From: an uncultured delta proteobacterium
GTDB lineage: Bacteria > Desulfobacterota > Binatia > Binatales > Binataceae
DNA: 64,000 nucleotides
Reading direction: 5' to 3'
Assembly (NCBI GenBank): GCA_963774665.1
Contig: CAVZGB010000010.1
Location: 515,677-579,676 of the forward strand
The notes under the pieces were generated by a model. The model was not told where the DNA came from. It saw only the letters and a program-made list of their open reading frames with translations, and ran no database searches. The position numbers and the translations under genes were made by a program. This document shows, piece by piece, positions 42,715-54,189 of this stretch (within the stretch, counting starts at the first letter, position 1; every line of letters starts with the position of its first letter).

Positions 42715-44211
42715 TCAGACGATGCTGGTTGGCGGGGGATCGATTGCGGGCGGGCCGCCGTAGAGGCGGCGGCAGATTGTGTAGGCTGGCCAGACGAAGG
42801 CGCCCAGGACGATAGCCAGGATGAAATCTGTCTTGGCGACGCCGGCTGAGATCGCCAATCCGAAAGTTGCGGCCCAGGTGAGAATAGGAAGCGTTACGAT
42901 CAATGCGAGGCCGATGCGGCCGCCGCCGATGGTGAACAGGCCGGCGCGATCGGGCATCAGCTTGCGCAAACGCAGCAGTGCGAACAGCTCCAACGATAGC
43001 GCCGCCATGTAAAAGAAAACGTCGAGCACTACCAGCGCCACGAATCCGACCGGCACCAGCAGTGTGAAGACGATGCAGCAGAGCAGGATCGATTTGCCGG
43101 GTGTTGCGGTCGTGGACCAGATCTGTGCGAGCGGCGGTGACAGGTAGCGCTCGCGCGCGAGGACGAACGGCATGCGCGAGACCCACAGCATCGCGGCTTC
43201 GAACACCGCGAACGACATCACGGCGCCCCCGAGAGCCAATGCGGCGCCGAGCGGGCGTCCGCCGATGGCGCTGCCGACGTGCGAGAAGGATCCCGTGCCC
43301 CAGTCGGCGGCGGTAGTCGCGCCGGAGACTGAGACGGCGAGTGGGAGCACGTAGCCGGCCACGATTATCGGCATTGCGATCACAATCGCGCGCAGATAGT
43401 TGCGCCGCGGATTTTCAATTTCCGCGGACACGACGCTCAGGTTTTCCCATCCGCTGAAGTTCCAGATGACTACAGTCAAACCCGCACCGAGCGCGGCCCA
43501 TGGGTCTGCGCCGAACAGCGGCGGCGTCGGCATTGTGAAATGGATCAGGCGCGAGAGGCCGACGATCACCAGTATCGCGAACGGCGAGATGAGGATCGCG
43601 GCGAGTATCGTCGACGCCATCCCGACCGGCCTGACGCCGAGAAAATTGAGTCCTCCCGCGAGCCAGACCAGCGCGATGCCGACCGCGACCTGGCCCTCCC
43701 GTCCAAGTGGCAGGATGAACGAAAGATAGCCGGCGAAGAGTACCGGATAAATCGCCATGTCGACGGCGGTGTATAAAATTGTCAGGTAGGCCTCGGCGAA
43801 GCCTGCGAACGGACCGAGCGCTTCCTTGACCCAGAAGTAGAAGCCGCCTTCGACCGGCATCAGCGCCGTCAGCTCTGCTGCCATCAGCGCCGTCGGCAGG
43901 CTGAGCGTAAGCGGCACGACGAGGCATAGCAGGAGCGTCAGGCGCGGCCCCGCCATCCGGACTGCATCTTCGAGCCCGTACGCGCCACCGCTCACGACCA
44001 GGTACATCACGCACACCAGCGGGATGAGGCCGAGCTTGCGCGGCGAGCGTCGCGTCCGTGCGGACGGGGCCGTACTCGCGGGTGTTGTGGGATGCGGGCT
44101 TTCGGTGGTGAGATGCTGCAATTGAGGGGCGGCTCCGGTTCCCCTGCCTAGCCGAGGCGATGCACGGTGGCAAGCAGCGATAAAAATCAAAGGAGGGTTG
44201 CAAGTTCGCAT
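42715..44211 (-). CDS. APC-family amino acid/polyamine permease (start uncertain)
   Basis: VSGGAYGLE, AEL..LMP.EGG.Y.WV, WNFSGWE, EIENP. Confidence 0.88.
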   Translation of the reverse strand: MRTCNPPLIFIAACHRASPRLGRGTGAAPQLQHLTTESPHPTTPASTAPSARTRRSPRKLGLIPLVCVMYLVVSGGAYGLEDAVRMAGPRLTLLLCLVVPLTLSLPTALMAAELTALMPVEGGFYFWVKEALGPFAGFAEAYLTILYTAVDMAIYPVLFAGYLSFILPLGREGQVAVGIALVWLAGGLNFLGVRPVGMASTILAAILISPFAILVIVGLSRLIHFTMPTPPLFGADPWAALGAGLTVVIWNFSGWENLSVVSAEIENPRRNYLRAIVIAMPIIVAGYVLPLAVSVSGATTAADWGTGSFSHVGSAIGGRPLGAALALGGAVMSFAVFEAAMLWVSRMPFVLARERYLSPPLAQIWSTTATPGKSILLCCIVFTLLVPVGFVALVVLDVFFYMAALSLELFALLRLRKLMPDRAGLFTIGGGRIGLALIVTLPILTWAATFGLAISAGVAKTDFILAIVLGAFVWPAYTICRRLYGGPPAIDPPPTSIV

Positions 44212-44354
44212 CCAGTGGCGGAATCCTTATAATGAAAGGTCAGGCGCAAAGGTCCGCGATCAGTTTGAAGGGAGCGGTACACCTCTGCGCTCACAATCGA
44301 TATAGTGTTTTGCGAATCCCAATTGAAAAGCTCCCCCGGGAATCTTTTTTAGCG

Positions 44355-46125
44355 ATGATTTGTTTCACTACACGCGCGATGATCGCGCTCGGCGTCGCGT
44401 CGATCGCCTTTCTGGGTTGCACCTCAATCAGAAATTCGAAACCCGAACTTGTCCGCAGCGCCAGCGTCGGCGGGGACAATCCCTTCGGCGGCGCGCCGGC
44501 GGTGGATGTGCCCTCGGATGCGCGCGCGATGAGCGCGTTCCTGAGGGCCGAGGTCGCGATGAACGACGGCGACCGCGAAGTGGCGCTCACGAACTATGCG
44601 GAGGCGGTTCAGTACGATCCCACCAACGCCGCGCTCAAAGTTCGGCTGGCGACGCTCTACGTCCGCGACGGGCGGCTGAAGGAAGCGCTCGAGCAGGTGA
44701 ACCAGGCGCTCGCGCTCAATCCCGACTCTGCCGACGCGCGTCTGCTCGGTGCGGGTATCAGCTCGGCGCTCGGCGACGACGCGACCGCGGAAAAGGACTA
44801 TCGCGAGGTACTCCGCCTCAATCCAAAAAATCAGGAAGCATATTTGTATCTCGGCACGCTCTACGCCAAGCGCGGAGACTATGGCGAGGCCGAGAACACG
44901 TTCGAAGAGCTGATCAAGCTCGACCCGAATTCGTTCCTTGGCTACTACTACGCCGGCAAGGTGATGGTGGCCTCGAAGAATTACGCGGCTGCTGAAAAAT
45001 ATTATCAGAAGGCGCTCGATCTCAATCCTCAGTCGGAGCTGGTGCTGCTCGATTTTGCTCTACTGCGCGAACGGCAGGAACGCACCCAGGACGCGCTCGT
45101 CTATTACAACAAGATCACGCAAATCAACCCGAACAACGAGCTGGTTCGCAAGCGCAAGGCCGAAATTCTGGTCGGTCAGAAGAAATACAATGAAGCGCTT
45201 GACGAGCTGAAGCGCGCCGAACAGGTCGAGACCAATCCCGCCGACACCCGCACGAAAATTGGACTCCTATACGTCGAGCAGGGAAATTTCGACGACGCCG
45301 CCACCGAGTTCAACCTGGTGCTCGGCTCCGAGCCCAACAACTACCGCGTCCATTACTACCTCGGCACGGTTTACACTGAGCTTTCCGAGAACGACAAGGC
45401 GATCGTCGAGTTCAACAAGATTCCCACTGACAACGAACATTACATCGAGTCGCGCCTGCAGCTCGCGTACCTGTACGACAAGCAGAGCAAATACGACCAG
45501 GCGCTGGGGGCGTTGAAGGATGCGCTCGGCAAGAAGCCGAACGACCCCGAGATCATCGGTTTCATGGTCGGCGTCTACCAGGAAAAGAAAGACTATCCCG
45601 GCGGCGATCGAGTTGGCGCGCAAGATGGTGGCGGCCGATCCCAAGAGTGACAAGTTCCACTTCACGCTCGGCGCGGCGCTCGATCAGAACAAGCAGCGCG
45701 ACGAAGGCATGGCGGAGATGAAGAAGGCGATCGAGCTGAATCCCGCCAACGCGCAGGCGCTGAACTACCTCGGCTACAGCTATGCCGAGCAGGGAACCAA
45801 CCTGGTCGAGGCCGAAAAGCTAATCAAGCGCGCGCTTGATATCGAGCCCGAAGACGGATTTTACGTCGACAGCCTTGGATGGGTTTACTATCAGAAGGGC
45901 GACTACAAAAAGGCGGTCGAGCAGTTGGAGCGTGCGGTCAACCTGACCGGCAGCGATCCCACGATCACTGAGCATCTTGGCGACGCGTATCGCAAGCTGG
46001 GCAAAACCAAGGAAGCCGGCCACGAATACACCGACGCGCTGAAGAAGGCGCAGGAAACCGACCAGGTCGCACGCCTCAAGGATAAAATCCAGGTCCTGCA
46101 GAATGCCGCCAGCGCGGGCCACTGA
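44355..46125 (+). CDS. TPR-repeat lipoprotein (frameshift near 45600)
   Basis: FLGC lipobox, many TPR repeats, ALNYLGYS, DSLGWVYY, EHLGD. Confidence 0.88.
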
Positions 46126-46999
46126 ACGGGCGCGGCCACGAAAACGAAAAACAGTTTCGTTCGCCGCGTTCGCATCGATTCTCCTGATCGCGATGGTCCA
46201 AACCTTTGGATGCATAGTCGTTCGTACTCCGCCCATCGTGGAACCTCCGAAGCCAATCTCGGGTCAGGAGGAGCTTAAATTTCAAGCTCAAAATATGATC
46301 GCGACATTGGTGGAGCGCGACCGCAGGCTCGCATCTGTGCAGAGTCCGGCCGTGATGGAATATAGCGCCGGCGATCAGCACCTGAAGGCGAAGGAGGAAA
46401 TCGTCGCCAAGCGGCCCGACAAGCTGCGCGTCGAAGCGATGTCGCCGTTCGGGGTCGCATTGTTGCTCGCGGCGCAGGGTCCGGACCTGACAATCTTCGA
46501 GCCGGGTAAAAATCGCTTCATGCGCGGACAGGCCAACGCAGACACCCTCTACAAATACGTGCGGATTCCGATGGAGCCGAAGGATGCGGTCGGTCTGCTG
46601 ATGGGACTCGCGCCGCCTGCGTTCGAGCTCGGCAACAGTCCTGATTCGGTGTCGAAGGACGGCGCCATGATCGTCGCGACATTTGGCAACAGCGCTTCAG
46701 GGACGCATCAGCTTGGATTTTCCGATGGCAATCTCGCGATGGTGCGCGAGACGGCGGCCAACGGCACCGTCAACTACGAAGTGCGTTACAGCGACTATCA
46801 CGATATCGGCGGCGTGACGTTCCCGTACGTCGTTGACGCGACTTTTCCGCAGGCCAGCAGTCGCGTGATGTTTCGCTATCTGCGGCCGATCGTCAATGGA
46901 GTCATCCCCGACTCGACATTCGTTCTAACACCGGCTCCAGGAGCCACTATGATGAACCTGAGCCTTCACCATGGCGGCGCCTTTTCAAATGAAAGCTGA
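46103..46999 (+). CDS. LolB/DUF4292-like lipoprotein
   Basis: RPDKLRVE..SPFG, V.YSDY, FP; follows the TPR gene as in conserved synteny. Confidence 0.6.
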   Translation: MPPARATERARPRKRKTVSFAAFASILLIAMVQTFGCIVVRTPPIVEPPKPISGQEELKFQAQNMIATLVERDRRLASVQSPAVMEYSAGDQHLKAKEEIVAKRPDKLRVEAMSPFGVALLLAAQGPDLTIFEPGKNRFMRGQANADTLYKYVRIPMEPKDAVGLLMGLAPPAFELGNSPDSVSKDGAMIVATFGNSASGTHQLGFSDGNLAMVRETAANGTVNYEVRYSDYHDIGGVTFPYVVDATFPQASSRVMFRYLRPIVNGVIPDSTFVLTPAPGATMMNLSLHHGGAFSNES

Positions 47000-48719
47000 A
47001 AGCCGGCGCAACGGAATTCTATCGGTAATCACGTGCGCGATTGCGCTTTCGTCGCTCGCAATTCTTTCCGGATGCCGAGTTAGCCGGTCTGGCAGCGATC
47101 ACGCGAAAAGTCAGATCCTCTACAGCGCGGTGCTAAGCGATCCGCGCACGTTCAATCCAATTCTCGTCACCGATGCGACATCGGGACAGCTTACCGGCGA
47201 TCTGTTCGAAACGGTGCTCCAGCTCAATCCCGTCACGACTCTGCCCGAACCCCGCTTGGCTGAGAAATGGGAGATTGCGCCTGACAACAAGACGATCACG
47301 CTTCATCTGCGCCACGACGTAAAGTGGTTTGATGGGCAGCCGTTCACAGCGCACGACGTGTTGTTCACGCTGGACGTCATCTACGATCCGAATGTGCCAA
47401 ACAGCTCGCGGCCGATACTTCTGATAGACAAGAAGCGGATCGAAGCTCAAGCGCCGGACGAGTTCACCGTAGTGCTGCGTCTGCCTAAGCCCTTTGCCCC
47501 GCTGATCTCCGCGCTGGAGGGTCTGCAGATCATTCCGGCTCATATCCTCGAGCCAATATGGAAAGCTGGAAACTTCAACCATGCGTGGGGAATCAACACA
47601 CCGCCCGAACAGCTTATCGGCAACGGCACGTACAAAATGGTGCGTTATGCGCAAAGCCAGGTGGTCAACTACCTGCGCAACGACAGCTTCTGGATGAAAG
47701 ACGAGCATGGCGGCCAGCTTCCGCGCCTTCATGGGCAGAACATTACAATAGTGCAAGACGCAAACGCTGAGTATCTGCGCTACCTATCGGGACAAATCGA
47801 CGTTTATGGTCCGCGGGCCGAAGAGGTCTATCCGCTGGAGCAGAAGGCAAAGAATCACGAACTCGACATCTCGATTGAAAAAATCGGTGTCGACACCGGC
47901 ACGCTCTTCTTCAGCTTCAATCGCAACCCGCGGCATTTTATTAAGGACGGCGTCACCAACCCGAAGCTCAGCTGGTTCACCGATCTGAAATTCCTGGCGG
48001 CGATGGCGCACACGATCGACAAGAAATCGATGATCGATCTTGTCTTCCACGGGCTGGCGGAGCCCGCGGTGGCTGATATCTCGCCCGCGAACAAGATTTT
48101 TCACAATCCTAATCTCAAGGACTACGACTACGATCCGAAACTCGCCGCCGACATGCTCGAGGCGGCCGGCTATCACCTCGTCAAGCCGGGTGTGCGTACC
48201 GATCCGAAAGGCAATCGCCTCGAATTCGATCTCACTACCAACGCCGGCAACCCCGAGCGCGATCAGATGTGCACCATCTTCAAGCAGGACCTCGAGCGTC
48301 TGGGCATCAAGGCGAACTATCGGCCGCTCGAATTCACCACATTGGTTGACCGGCTCGATTCGTCGTTCGATTGGGATTGCATCCTGATGGGATTCACCGG
48401 CGGCATCGAGCCGAACGACGGAGCAAACTTCTATCGCTCGTCGGGAAACCTGCACATCTGGAATCCAAATCAGCCCACGCCCGCAACGCCGTGGGAAGCG
48501 GAGATCGACACGCTGCTCGACCAGGGCGCATCCGAAATGGATCTCTCCAAGCGCCCGCAGTACTACTGGAAAATTCAGCAAATCCTCCACGACCAGCTGC
48601 CGATACTCGAAACGGTCCGCGGGCAGCGTTATGCGTCGTGGAAGAACTCGCTGCAGAACTATCAGCCCAAGGTCTGGGGCCTTTACAAGCAGGAGTGGAT
48701 GGAGTTCAAGGCCGACTGA
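46989..48719 (+). CDS. Peptide ABC transporter substrate-binding lipoprotein (family 5)
   Basis: LSGC, DPRTFNP, P.LAEKW, W.DG.PFTA.DV.FT. Confidence 0.9.
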   Translation: MKAESRRNGILSVITCAIALSSLAILSGCRVSRSGSDHAKSQILYSAVLSDPRTFNPILVTDATSGQLTGDLFETVLQLNPVTTLPEPRLAEKWEIAPDNKTITLHLRHDVKWFDGQPFTAHDVLFTLDVIYDPNVPNSSRPILLIDKKRIEAQAPDEFTVVLRLPKPFAPLISALEGLQIIPAHILEPIWKAGNFNHAWGINTPPEQLIGNGTYKMVRYAQSQVVNYLRNDSFWMKDEHGGQLPRLHGQNITIVQDANAEYLRYLSGQIDVYGPRAEEVYPLEQKAKNHELDISIEKIGVDTGTLFFSFNRNPRHFIKDGVTNPKLSWFTDLKFLAAMAHTIDKKSMIDLVFHGLAEPAVADISPANKIFHNPNLKDYDYDPKLAADMLEAAGYHLVKPGVRTDPKGNRLEFDLTTNAGNPERDQMCTIFKQDLERLGIKANYRPLEFTTLVDRLDSSFDWDCILMGFTGGIEPNDGANFYRSSGNLHIWNPNQPTPATPWEAEIDTLLDQGASEMDLSKRPQYYWKIQQILHDQLPILETVRGQRYASWKNSLQNYQPKVWGLYKQEWMEFKAD

Positions 48720-48765
48720 ACATCCGGAAGCCAGCGAACGTCGAAATATCAGGCACCATGACACG

Positions 48766-49746
48766 ATGACCCGCTTCCTGATCCGTCGCCTGCTCAACAT
48801 GATCCCGCTCATCCTGGGGATCACGTTCATCTCGTTTCTCGCGATGTCATTGGTGCCGGGCGACTTCGTCTCGAATCTCAAACTCAACCCGACTATCACG
48901 CCCGAGGTCATTCACCAGCTCGAGGCGCAGTTCGGCCTCGATCAGCCGCTGATGGTCCGATACTTCAAGTGGCTGTGGGGCGTGCTGCATCTGAACTTCG
49001 GCTTCTCGCTGCAGTATCGCGTAAGCGTCACCGGGCTGATCGCATCGCGCGCCTTCAACACGATCATTCTGGCGGCGAGCAGCATGCTTTTATCGTGGCT
49101 GATCGCGATACCGATCGGAATTATCGTCGCGGTAAATCAGAATTCGATCTGGGATCGCTTCCTGTCGTTCCTCGCATTCTTCGGGATGTCGGTGCCGAGC
49201 TTTTTTCTCGCCTTCCTTGCGATGTACTTCGCGCTGAAGACCGGATGGTTTCCGATCGGCGGCACCTACTCGCCCGACTACGCGACGCTTGATCCGATGA
49301 GCCAGGTCGCCGATCGCATCAACCATCTCATCCTGCCGGTCTTCGTGCTCGGCATCTCCGGCACTGCGGGCCTGATGCGCCTGATGCGCTCACAGATTCT
49401 CGAAATCAAGAATTCTGAATTCGTGCGCACCGCGCGCGCCAAGGGACTCTCCGAGCGCGTCGTCATCTACAAGCACGTGCTGCGCAACGCGATGAACCCG
49501 TTTGTCACGATGGCGGGATATTCGCTGGGCGACCTGCTCGGCGGCGCCGCACTGGTCGAGGCCGTGATGAACCTGCAAGGGCTCGGACTGTTGATGCTCG
49601 ATGCGGTGCGCTCGCTCGACATCTACCTGGTGATGGGCTCGGTGCTGATGGGCACGATCCTGCTGCTGGTCGGCAACTTGCTCGCCGACATCGCGCTGGT
49701 CGCGGTCGATCCGCGCGTCGATTTTTCGTCGGTCGCGGCCGAGTGA
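48766..49746 (+). CDS. Peptide ABC permease (OppB/DppB)
   Basis: GLDQP...Y..W, FVRTARAKGL, KHVLRNA, DPRV. Confidence 0.92.
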   Translation: MTRFLIRRLLNMIPLILGITFISFLAMSLVPGDFVSNLKLNPTITPEVIHQLEAQFGLDQPLMVRYFKWLWGVLHLNFGFSLQYRVSVTGLIASRAFNTIILAASSMLLSWLIAIPIGIIVAVNQNSIWDRFLSFLAFFGMSVPSFFLAFLAMYFALKTGWFPIGGTYSPDYATLDPMSQVADRINHLILPVFVLGISGTAGLMRLMRSQILEIKNSEFVRTARAKGLSERVVIYKHVLRNAMNPFVTMAGYSLGDLLGGAALVEAVMNLQGLGLLMLDAVRSLDIYLVMGSVLMGTILLLVGNLLADIALVAVDPRVDFSSVAAE

Positions 49747-49747
49747 C

Positions 49748-50830
49748 ATGAACGCTGTCCCAAGCTTGCAGGTGAATCTCCAGGGCGCCGAGGTAGCCGC
49801 GCGAAAGCCGTCGAGCCTCGCGCGCGAATGGCGTCTCGCGTCGCGGACGGTTCGCTTTTCCGCGATCTGCCTGACGCTCTTCTACTTGCTCGCAGCCGCG
49901 TCGCCGTTTTTTGCGAGTTACGATCCGGCTTATCAGAACCGCGAGATGCCTGATTGTCCGCCCATGTCGCTGCACGTGAGTGCGCCGTCCGACTGGTCGC
50001 GCAGTCTCTTCTATACGCATCCGATGCACATGCAGGACAAGACCGCGCGCACGTTCGTCGCCGACACTTCTCAGCGGCTCGACATCCATCTGTTCTCGCA
50101 CGGCCATCTGTTCACCACCGACAGCGAGAACGAGCCATACTTCATGCTCGGCAGCGACGGCCTCGGGCGCGACCTCTACTCGCGAATCGTGTACGGCTCG
50201 CGCGTCAGCATGTGCGTCGGCTTGATCGGCGTGCTGATCACCTTCTCGCTCGGCATTACGATCGGCGCGCTGTCCGGCTATATCGGCGGGACGGTCGATT
50301 TCCTGATCATGCGATGGTCTGAAATCGAGATGTCGCTGCCGTCATTTTATTTCCTGCTGGCGCTGGCGGCGGTGATTCCGTCGGGGTTAAGCGCCGTCAC
50401 AACGTTTTTCATGATCGTCGCGATCATGAGCTTCATCAGTTGGGCCGGGTTTGCGCGAATCATCCGTGGAATGGCGTCTTCGGTGCGATCGCGTCCGTAC
50501 GTCGAGGCGGCCCGCGCACTGGGCGCGTCGCGATGGCGCATCATCACGCGTCACATCATCCCGTCGGTGATGGGCTATGCGATCGTCGCCGCCACGCTCT
50601 CAATCCCAGGCTTCATCCTCGGCGAAAGCGCGCTCTCGCTGCTAGGTCTGGGCATCCAGGAACCAGCCGCAAGCTGGGGCAACCTGCTCGCCCAAGCGCA
50701 GGACGTCCAGAACCTCGCCCGCTACCCATGGATCCTGATCCCCGGCATCTTCATCTTCCTGGCCGTAATGTCCTTCAACTTCCTTGGCGACCACCTCCGC
50801 GACCGCCTCGATCCCGCCAACGCCGGATGA
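49748..50830 (+). CDS. Peptide ABC permease (OppC/DppC)
   Basis: LGSDGLGRD, YVEAARALGA, ESALS.LGLG, FNFLGD.LRD.LDP. Confidence 0.92.
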   Translation: MNAVPSLQVNLQGAEVAARKPSSLAREWRLASRTVRFSAICLTLFYLLAAASPFFASYDPAYQNREMPDCPPMSLHVSAPSDWSRSLFYTHPMHMQDKTARTFVADTSQRLDIHLFSHGHLFTTDSENEPYFMLGSDGLGRDLYSRIVYGSRVSMCVGLIGVLITFSLGITIGALSGYIGGTVDFLIMRWSEIEMSLPSFYFLLALAAVIPSGLSAVTTFFMIVAIMSFISWAGFARIIRGMASSVRSRPYVEAARALGASRWRIITRHIIPSVMGYAIVAATLSIPGFILGESALSLLGLGIQEPAASWGNLLAQAQDVQNLARYPWILIPGIFIFLAVMSFNFLGDHLRDRLDPANAG

Positions 50831-50849
50831 TCTGATACGCTGGACCCAA

Positions 50850-51813
50850 GTGAAGCCGCTGCTCGAAGTTAAATCGCTGCGCACTTCGTTCTTCACCGAC
50901 GCGGGGGAGGTGCGCGCGGTGGACGGCGTTAGTTTTTCGGTCGAGCCGGGGAAGTTGTTGGGAATTGTCGGCGAGTCGGGATCAGGTAAGACCGCCAGCG
51001 TGCTTTCGATCATGCGGCTGCTGCCCGAGTCGGCGCGAATCGTGGGCGGCGAAGTAATCTTCGAGGATCAGGATCTCCTGAAGCTGAGCGAGCCCGAGAT
51101 GCGCCACGTTCGCGGCGCGCGGATCGCGATGATTTTCCAGGAGCCGATGACGTCGCTGAATCCGGTCTTCACTATCGGCAGCCAGATTGGCGAGGCCGTC
51201 CGGCTGCATCAGCACACCAATCGCGCCGAGACTCGCAATCGCACTATCGAGGCGCTCAGGATGGTCGGGATTGCCGACCCCGAGCGGCGTATCGACGACT
51301 ATCCGCATCAACTGTCAGGCGGGATGCGTCAGCGCGTGATGATTGCGATGGCGTTGTCGTGCAATCCGCCGTCTGCTTATCGCCGACGAGCCGACCACAG
51401 CGCTCGACGTGACGATACAGGCGCAGATTCTCGATCTGATTCGCGAGTTGCAGGTGAGGCTCGGGCTCGCCGTCATTCTCGTCACGCACGATCTCGGAAT
51501 TGTCTCCGAGTATGCCGACGACGTGACGATTCTCTACGCGGCGCGCGTGATGGAGCAGGCGCCGAGTGCGGAGCTGTTTCGAAATCCGCTCAATCCGTAC
51601 ACGCGCGGATTGCTCGAATCGATTCCCGGCATCGACGGCAGCCGACACCATCGCTTGCAGGCGATTCCCGGTTCGATTCCGAGCTCGCTGAATCCACCGT
51701 CCGGTTGCAGGTTCCATCCGCGATGCCCGCGCGCAATTCCCAAATGCTCCGAGATTGATCCACCGCTCGAAAACAAGGCCCCTAACCACTATGTCGCCTG
51801 CATCCGCGCCTAG
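50850..51813 (+). CDS. Peptide ABC ATPase (OppD/DppD; frameshift near 51370)
   Basis: GESGSGKT, FQEPMTSLNP, LSGGMRQR, ADEPTTALD, GCRFHPRC. Confidence 0.9.
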
Positions 51814-52813
51814 TCCCATCGCATCCGCCGGAAACGCTTCCTCGGCGCTGGTTCGCGTCGTGAATCTCAGCAAGGAATTTCCCGCCGGCTCGACGGGGAT
51901 TGTCGGCGGAACAAAACTTTCGATAAAAGCAGTCTCGGGCGTCAACCTCGAGATTCAGGCGGGCGAAACTCTCGGATTGGTCGGAGAGTCGGGCTCAGGC
52001 AAATCGACACTCGGGCGGCTGATTCTGAAACTGCTCGAGCCGACCCACGGTGCCGTCTATTTCGACGGCCGCGATCTCTCGACGCTTGGGCGCGCGGAAC
52101 TTCGCACGCTGCGCCAGCAGATGCAGCTCGTATTTCAGGACCCGTACGCGTCGTTGAACCCGCGGATGCGCGTGCGCTCGATCGTTGGCGAAGGAATCGA
52201 GATTCACAAACTCGCGCGCGGCGCGGAAAAGGAGCGCCGAATCGCCGAGCTGCTCGCGATGGTTGGAATGAGCGCCGATGCGATGGATCGTTTGCCCCAC
52301 GAGTTCTCAGGCGGGCAGCGCCAGCGAATCGGAATCGCGCGGGCGCTCGCGGTGAATCCGCGCTTCCTGGTGCTCGACGAGCCGGTCTCGGCGCTCGACG
52401 TCTCGATCCAGGCGCAAATAATCAACCTGCTGCAGGATCTGCAGGAGAAGCTGAAGCTGACCTACCTGTTCATCGCGCACGACTTGCGGGTGGTAGAACA
52501 CATCAGCAACCGCGTAGCCATCATGTACCTCGGCAAGATTGTCGAAATCGCGTCGCGCGATGAAATCTATCTCAATCCCCGGCATCCCTACACGCGTGCG
52601 CTGCTCTCGGCGATCCCGACGATCGACACCGCCAACAAGCCGGAACGAATCAAACTGCCCGGCGAAATGCCCAGCCCGATGAACCCGCCCCCCGGCTGCG
52701 CCTTCCATCCTCGATGCCCTTATGCGAAAGATGTTTGTGCAACGGTGGAACCCAAATTGGAGACCGGGCGCGGGGGCCACGCGGTGGCGTGTCACGTATT
52801 CCCGGCTCCGTAG
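51791..52813 (+). CDS. Peptide ABC ATPase (OppF/DppF)
   Basis: [34 protein letters not shown]. Confidence 0.92.
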   Translation: MSPASAPSPIASAGNASSALVRVVNLSKEFPAGSTGIVGGTKLSIKAVSGVNLEIQAGETLGLVGESGSGKSTLGRLILKLLEPTHGAVYFDGRDLSTLGRAELRTLRQQMQLVFQDPYASLNPRMRVRSIVGEGIEIHKLARGAEKERRIAELLAMVGMSADAMDRLPHEFSGGQRQRIGIARALAVNPRFLVLDEPVSALDVSIQAQIINLLQDLQEKLKLTYLFIAHDLRVVEHISNRVAIMYLGKIVEIASRDEIYLNPRHPYTRALLSAIPTIDTANKPERIKLPGEMPSPMNPPPGCAFHPRCPYAKDVCATVEPKLETGRGGHAVACHVFPAP

Positions 52814-52819
52814 TGGTGC

Positions 52820-53218
52820 ATGGAATCAAGAGAAATACCGCAGGATGCAGGCGCAGCGTGGGCCGAGTCGCGGACCCGGGTCGCAGTCGGCCGCAACGTC
52901 AACGTCTCGGGCAAACTGATCTTTCACGAAGCAGTCAGAATCGAAGGCCGCTTCCGGGGCGAGGTTCGCTCGGTCGATTTGGTTGTGGTCGGCGAAGACG
53001 GAATAATCGAGGGCAAAGTCTCTGCGCCACGACTGCTGATAATGGGTGAATTGCACGGCGATCTCATCGGTTGCGATCGCGTGGTGATTGGACCGCGCGC
53101 CAAAGTATTCGGCAATATCGAGGCCCGCAGCCTGACGGTGGCCGAAGGCGCCTACCTGGACGGCAACATCCGCATGTCGGAAGTCGTCGAACTGACCCCG
53201 GACGATATCGAAAGATAA
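52820..53218 (+). CDS. Bactofilin (polymer-forming cytoskeletal protein)
   Basis: VRIEG.F.G, G.IEG, A.V.G.I, L.V.EGA.LDG.I.M. Confidence 0.85.
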   Translation: MESREIPQDAGAAWAESRTRVAVGRNVNVSGKLIFHEAVRIEGRFRGEVRSVDLVVVGEDGIIEGKVSAPRLLIMGELHGDLIGCDRVVIGPRAKVFGNIEARSLTVAEGAYLDGNIRMSEVVELTPDDIER

Positions 53219-53237
53219 TCGAAGACTGGCCCCGCGC

Positions 53238-53582
53238 TCAGGTCGCGACGTCGAGCCTGGCCGCTTTGCCGGACAGTCCGCGCAGATAGTAGAGGCGGGC
53301 GCGGCGTACGCGGTTTCGCGTCAGCACTTGCAGCTTGTCGATTCGCGGCGAATGCATCGGGAATATTCGCTCGACGCCGACGCCGTACGAAACCTTGCGC
53401 ACGGTGAAGGTCGCGCGATTGGCGCCGCGATTCATTTTGATCACGATGCCTTCGAAAGACTGGATGCGCTCTTTTTCGCCTTCGACGACCTTGACGTGAA
53501 CGCGAACCGAGTCGCCGACGCGGAATTCAGGCAGGTCCTTGCGCAGGCCCCGCTCTTCGAGCTTCTGGATAACGGTATTCAT
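53238..53582 (-). CDS. rplS: 50S ribosomal protein L19
   Basis: [36 protein letters not shown]. Confidence 0.97.
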   Translation of the reverse strand: MNTVIQKLEERGLRKDLPEFRVGDSVRVHVKVVEGEKERIQSFEGIVIKMNRGANRATFTVRKVSYGVGVERIFPMHSPRIDKLQVLTRNRVRRARLYYLRGLSGKAARLDVAT

Positions 53583-53611
53583 GGAAAGAAAGACCTCGAG
53601 TCGAGCCAACT

Positions 53612-53640
53612 AACCTACCCAAATGCGGGCGGCTACTCAA
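53612..53640 (-). promoter_or_regulatory. Putative sigma-70 promoter for rplS
   Basis: TTGAGT-17nt-TAGGTT. Confidence 0.4.
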
Positions 53641-53710
53641 TGGGTGCGGGTGGGTTAGCGAACCGGCATGATGCCTCAGGAAACCTACAACTCACTGGAG
53701 GTCGGTCTCC

Positions 53711-54163
53711 ATGACCCTTCAGCTCCTCGCCGTGCTGGTGCTCGGATTGATGTGCGGCAGTGAACTAAACGTGGCGGCCTTCGCGCATCCCATGCTGAAT
53801 CGGCAGCCACTCGAAGTACACGTACGGATGCGCGCATCGTTGGCGGTATTGCTTGGTCGTGTGATGCCGTTCTGGATGGCAGGCTCCACACTCCTGAACC
53901 TTCTACTGTTGCTGCCCTTCGAGCATTTGAACGAGTCTGCATGGAGGTTGGCCGCAGTCGCTTTCGCGATCCAGGTCTTAGCCGTAGCGCTTTCGCTCGT
54001 CGGCCCGGTGCCCATAAACAACAGGATCGCCAAATGGATGCCGGAATCCATTCCTGAAGACTGGCGGGCGCAGTAGCATCGCTGGGATCAGTACCATTGG
54101 ATGAGAACGTGCGGACTGATTGTAGCGTTCGCGATGCTTGTTCTCAGCGTCCGAGCTCGTTAG
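53711..54163 (+). pseudogene. DUF1772-like membrane protein with an in-frame TAG at 54074
   Basis: GGAGG SD; MPFW, VPINNRI; the frame continues HRWDQYHWMRT plus a TM helix after the TAG. Confidence 0.7.
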
Positions 54164-54189
54164 CGACTCAGTGAAGATGGCGAAATCCA

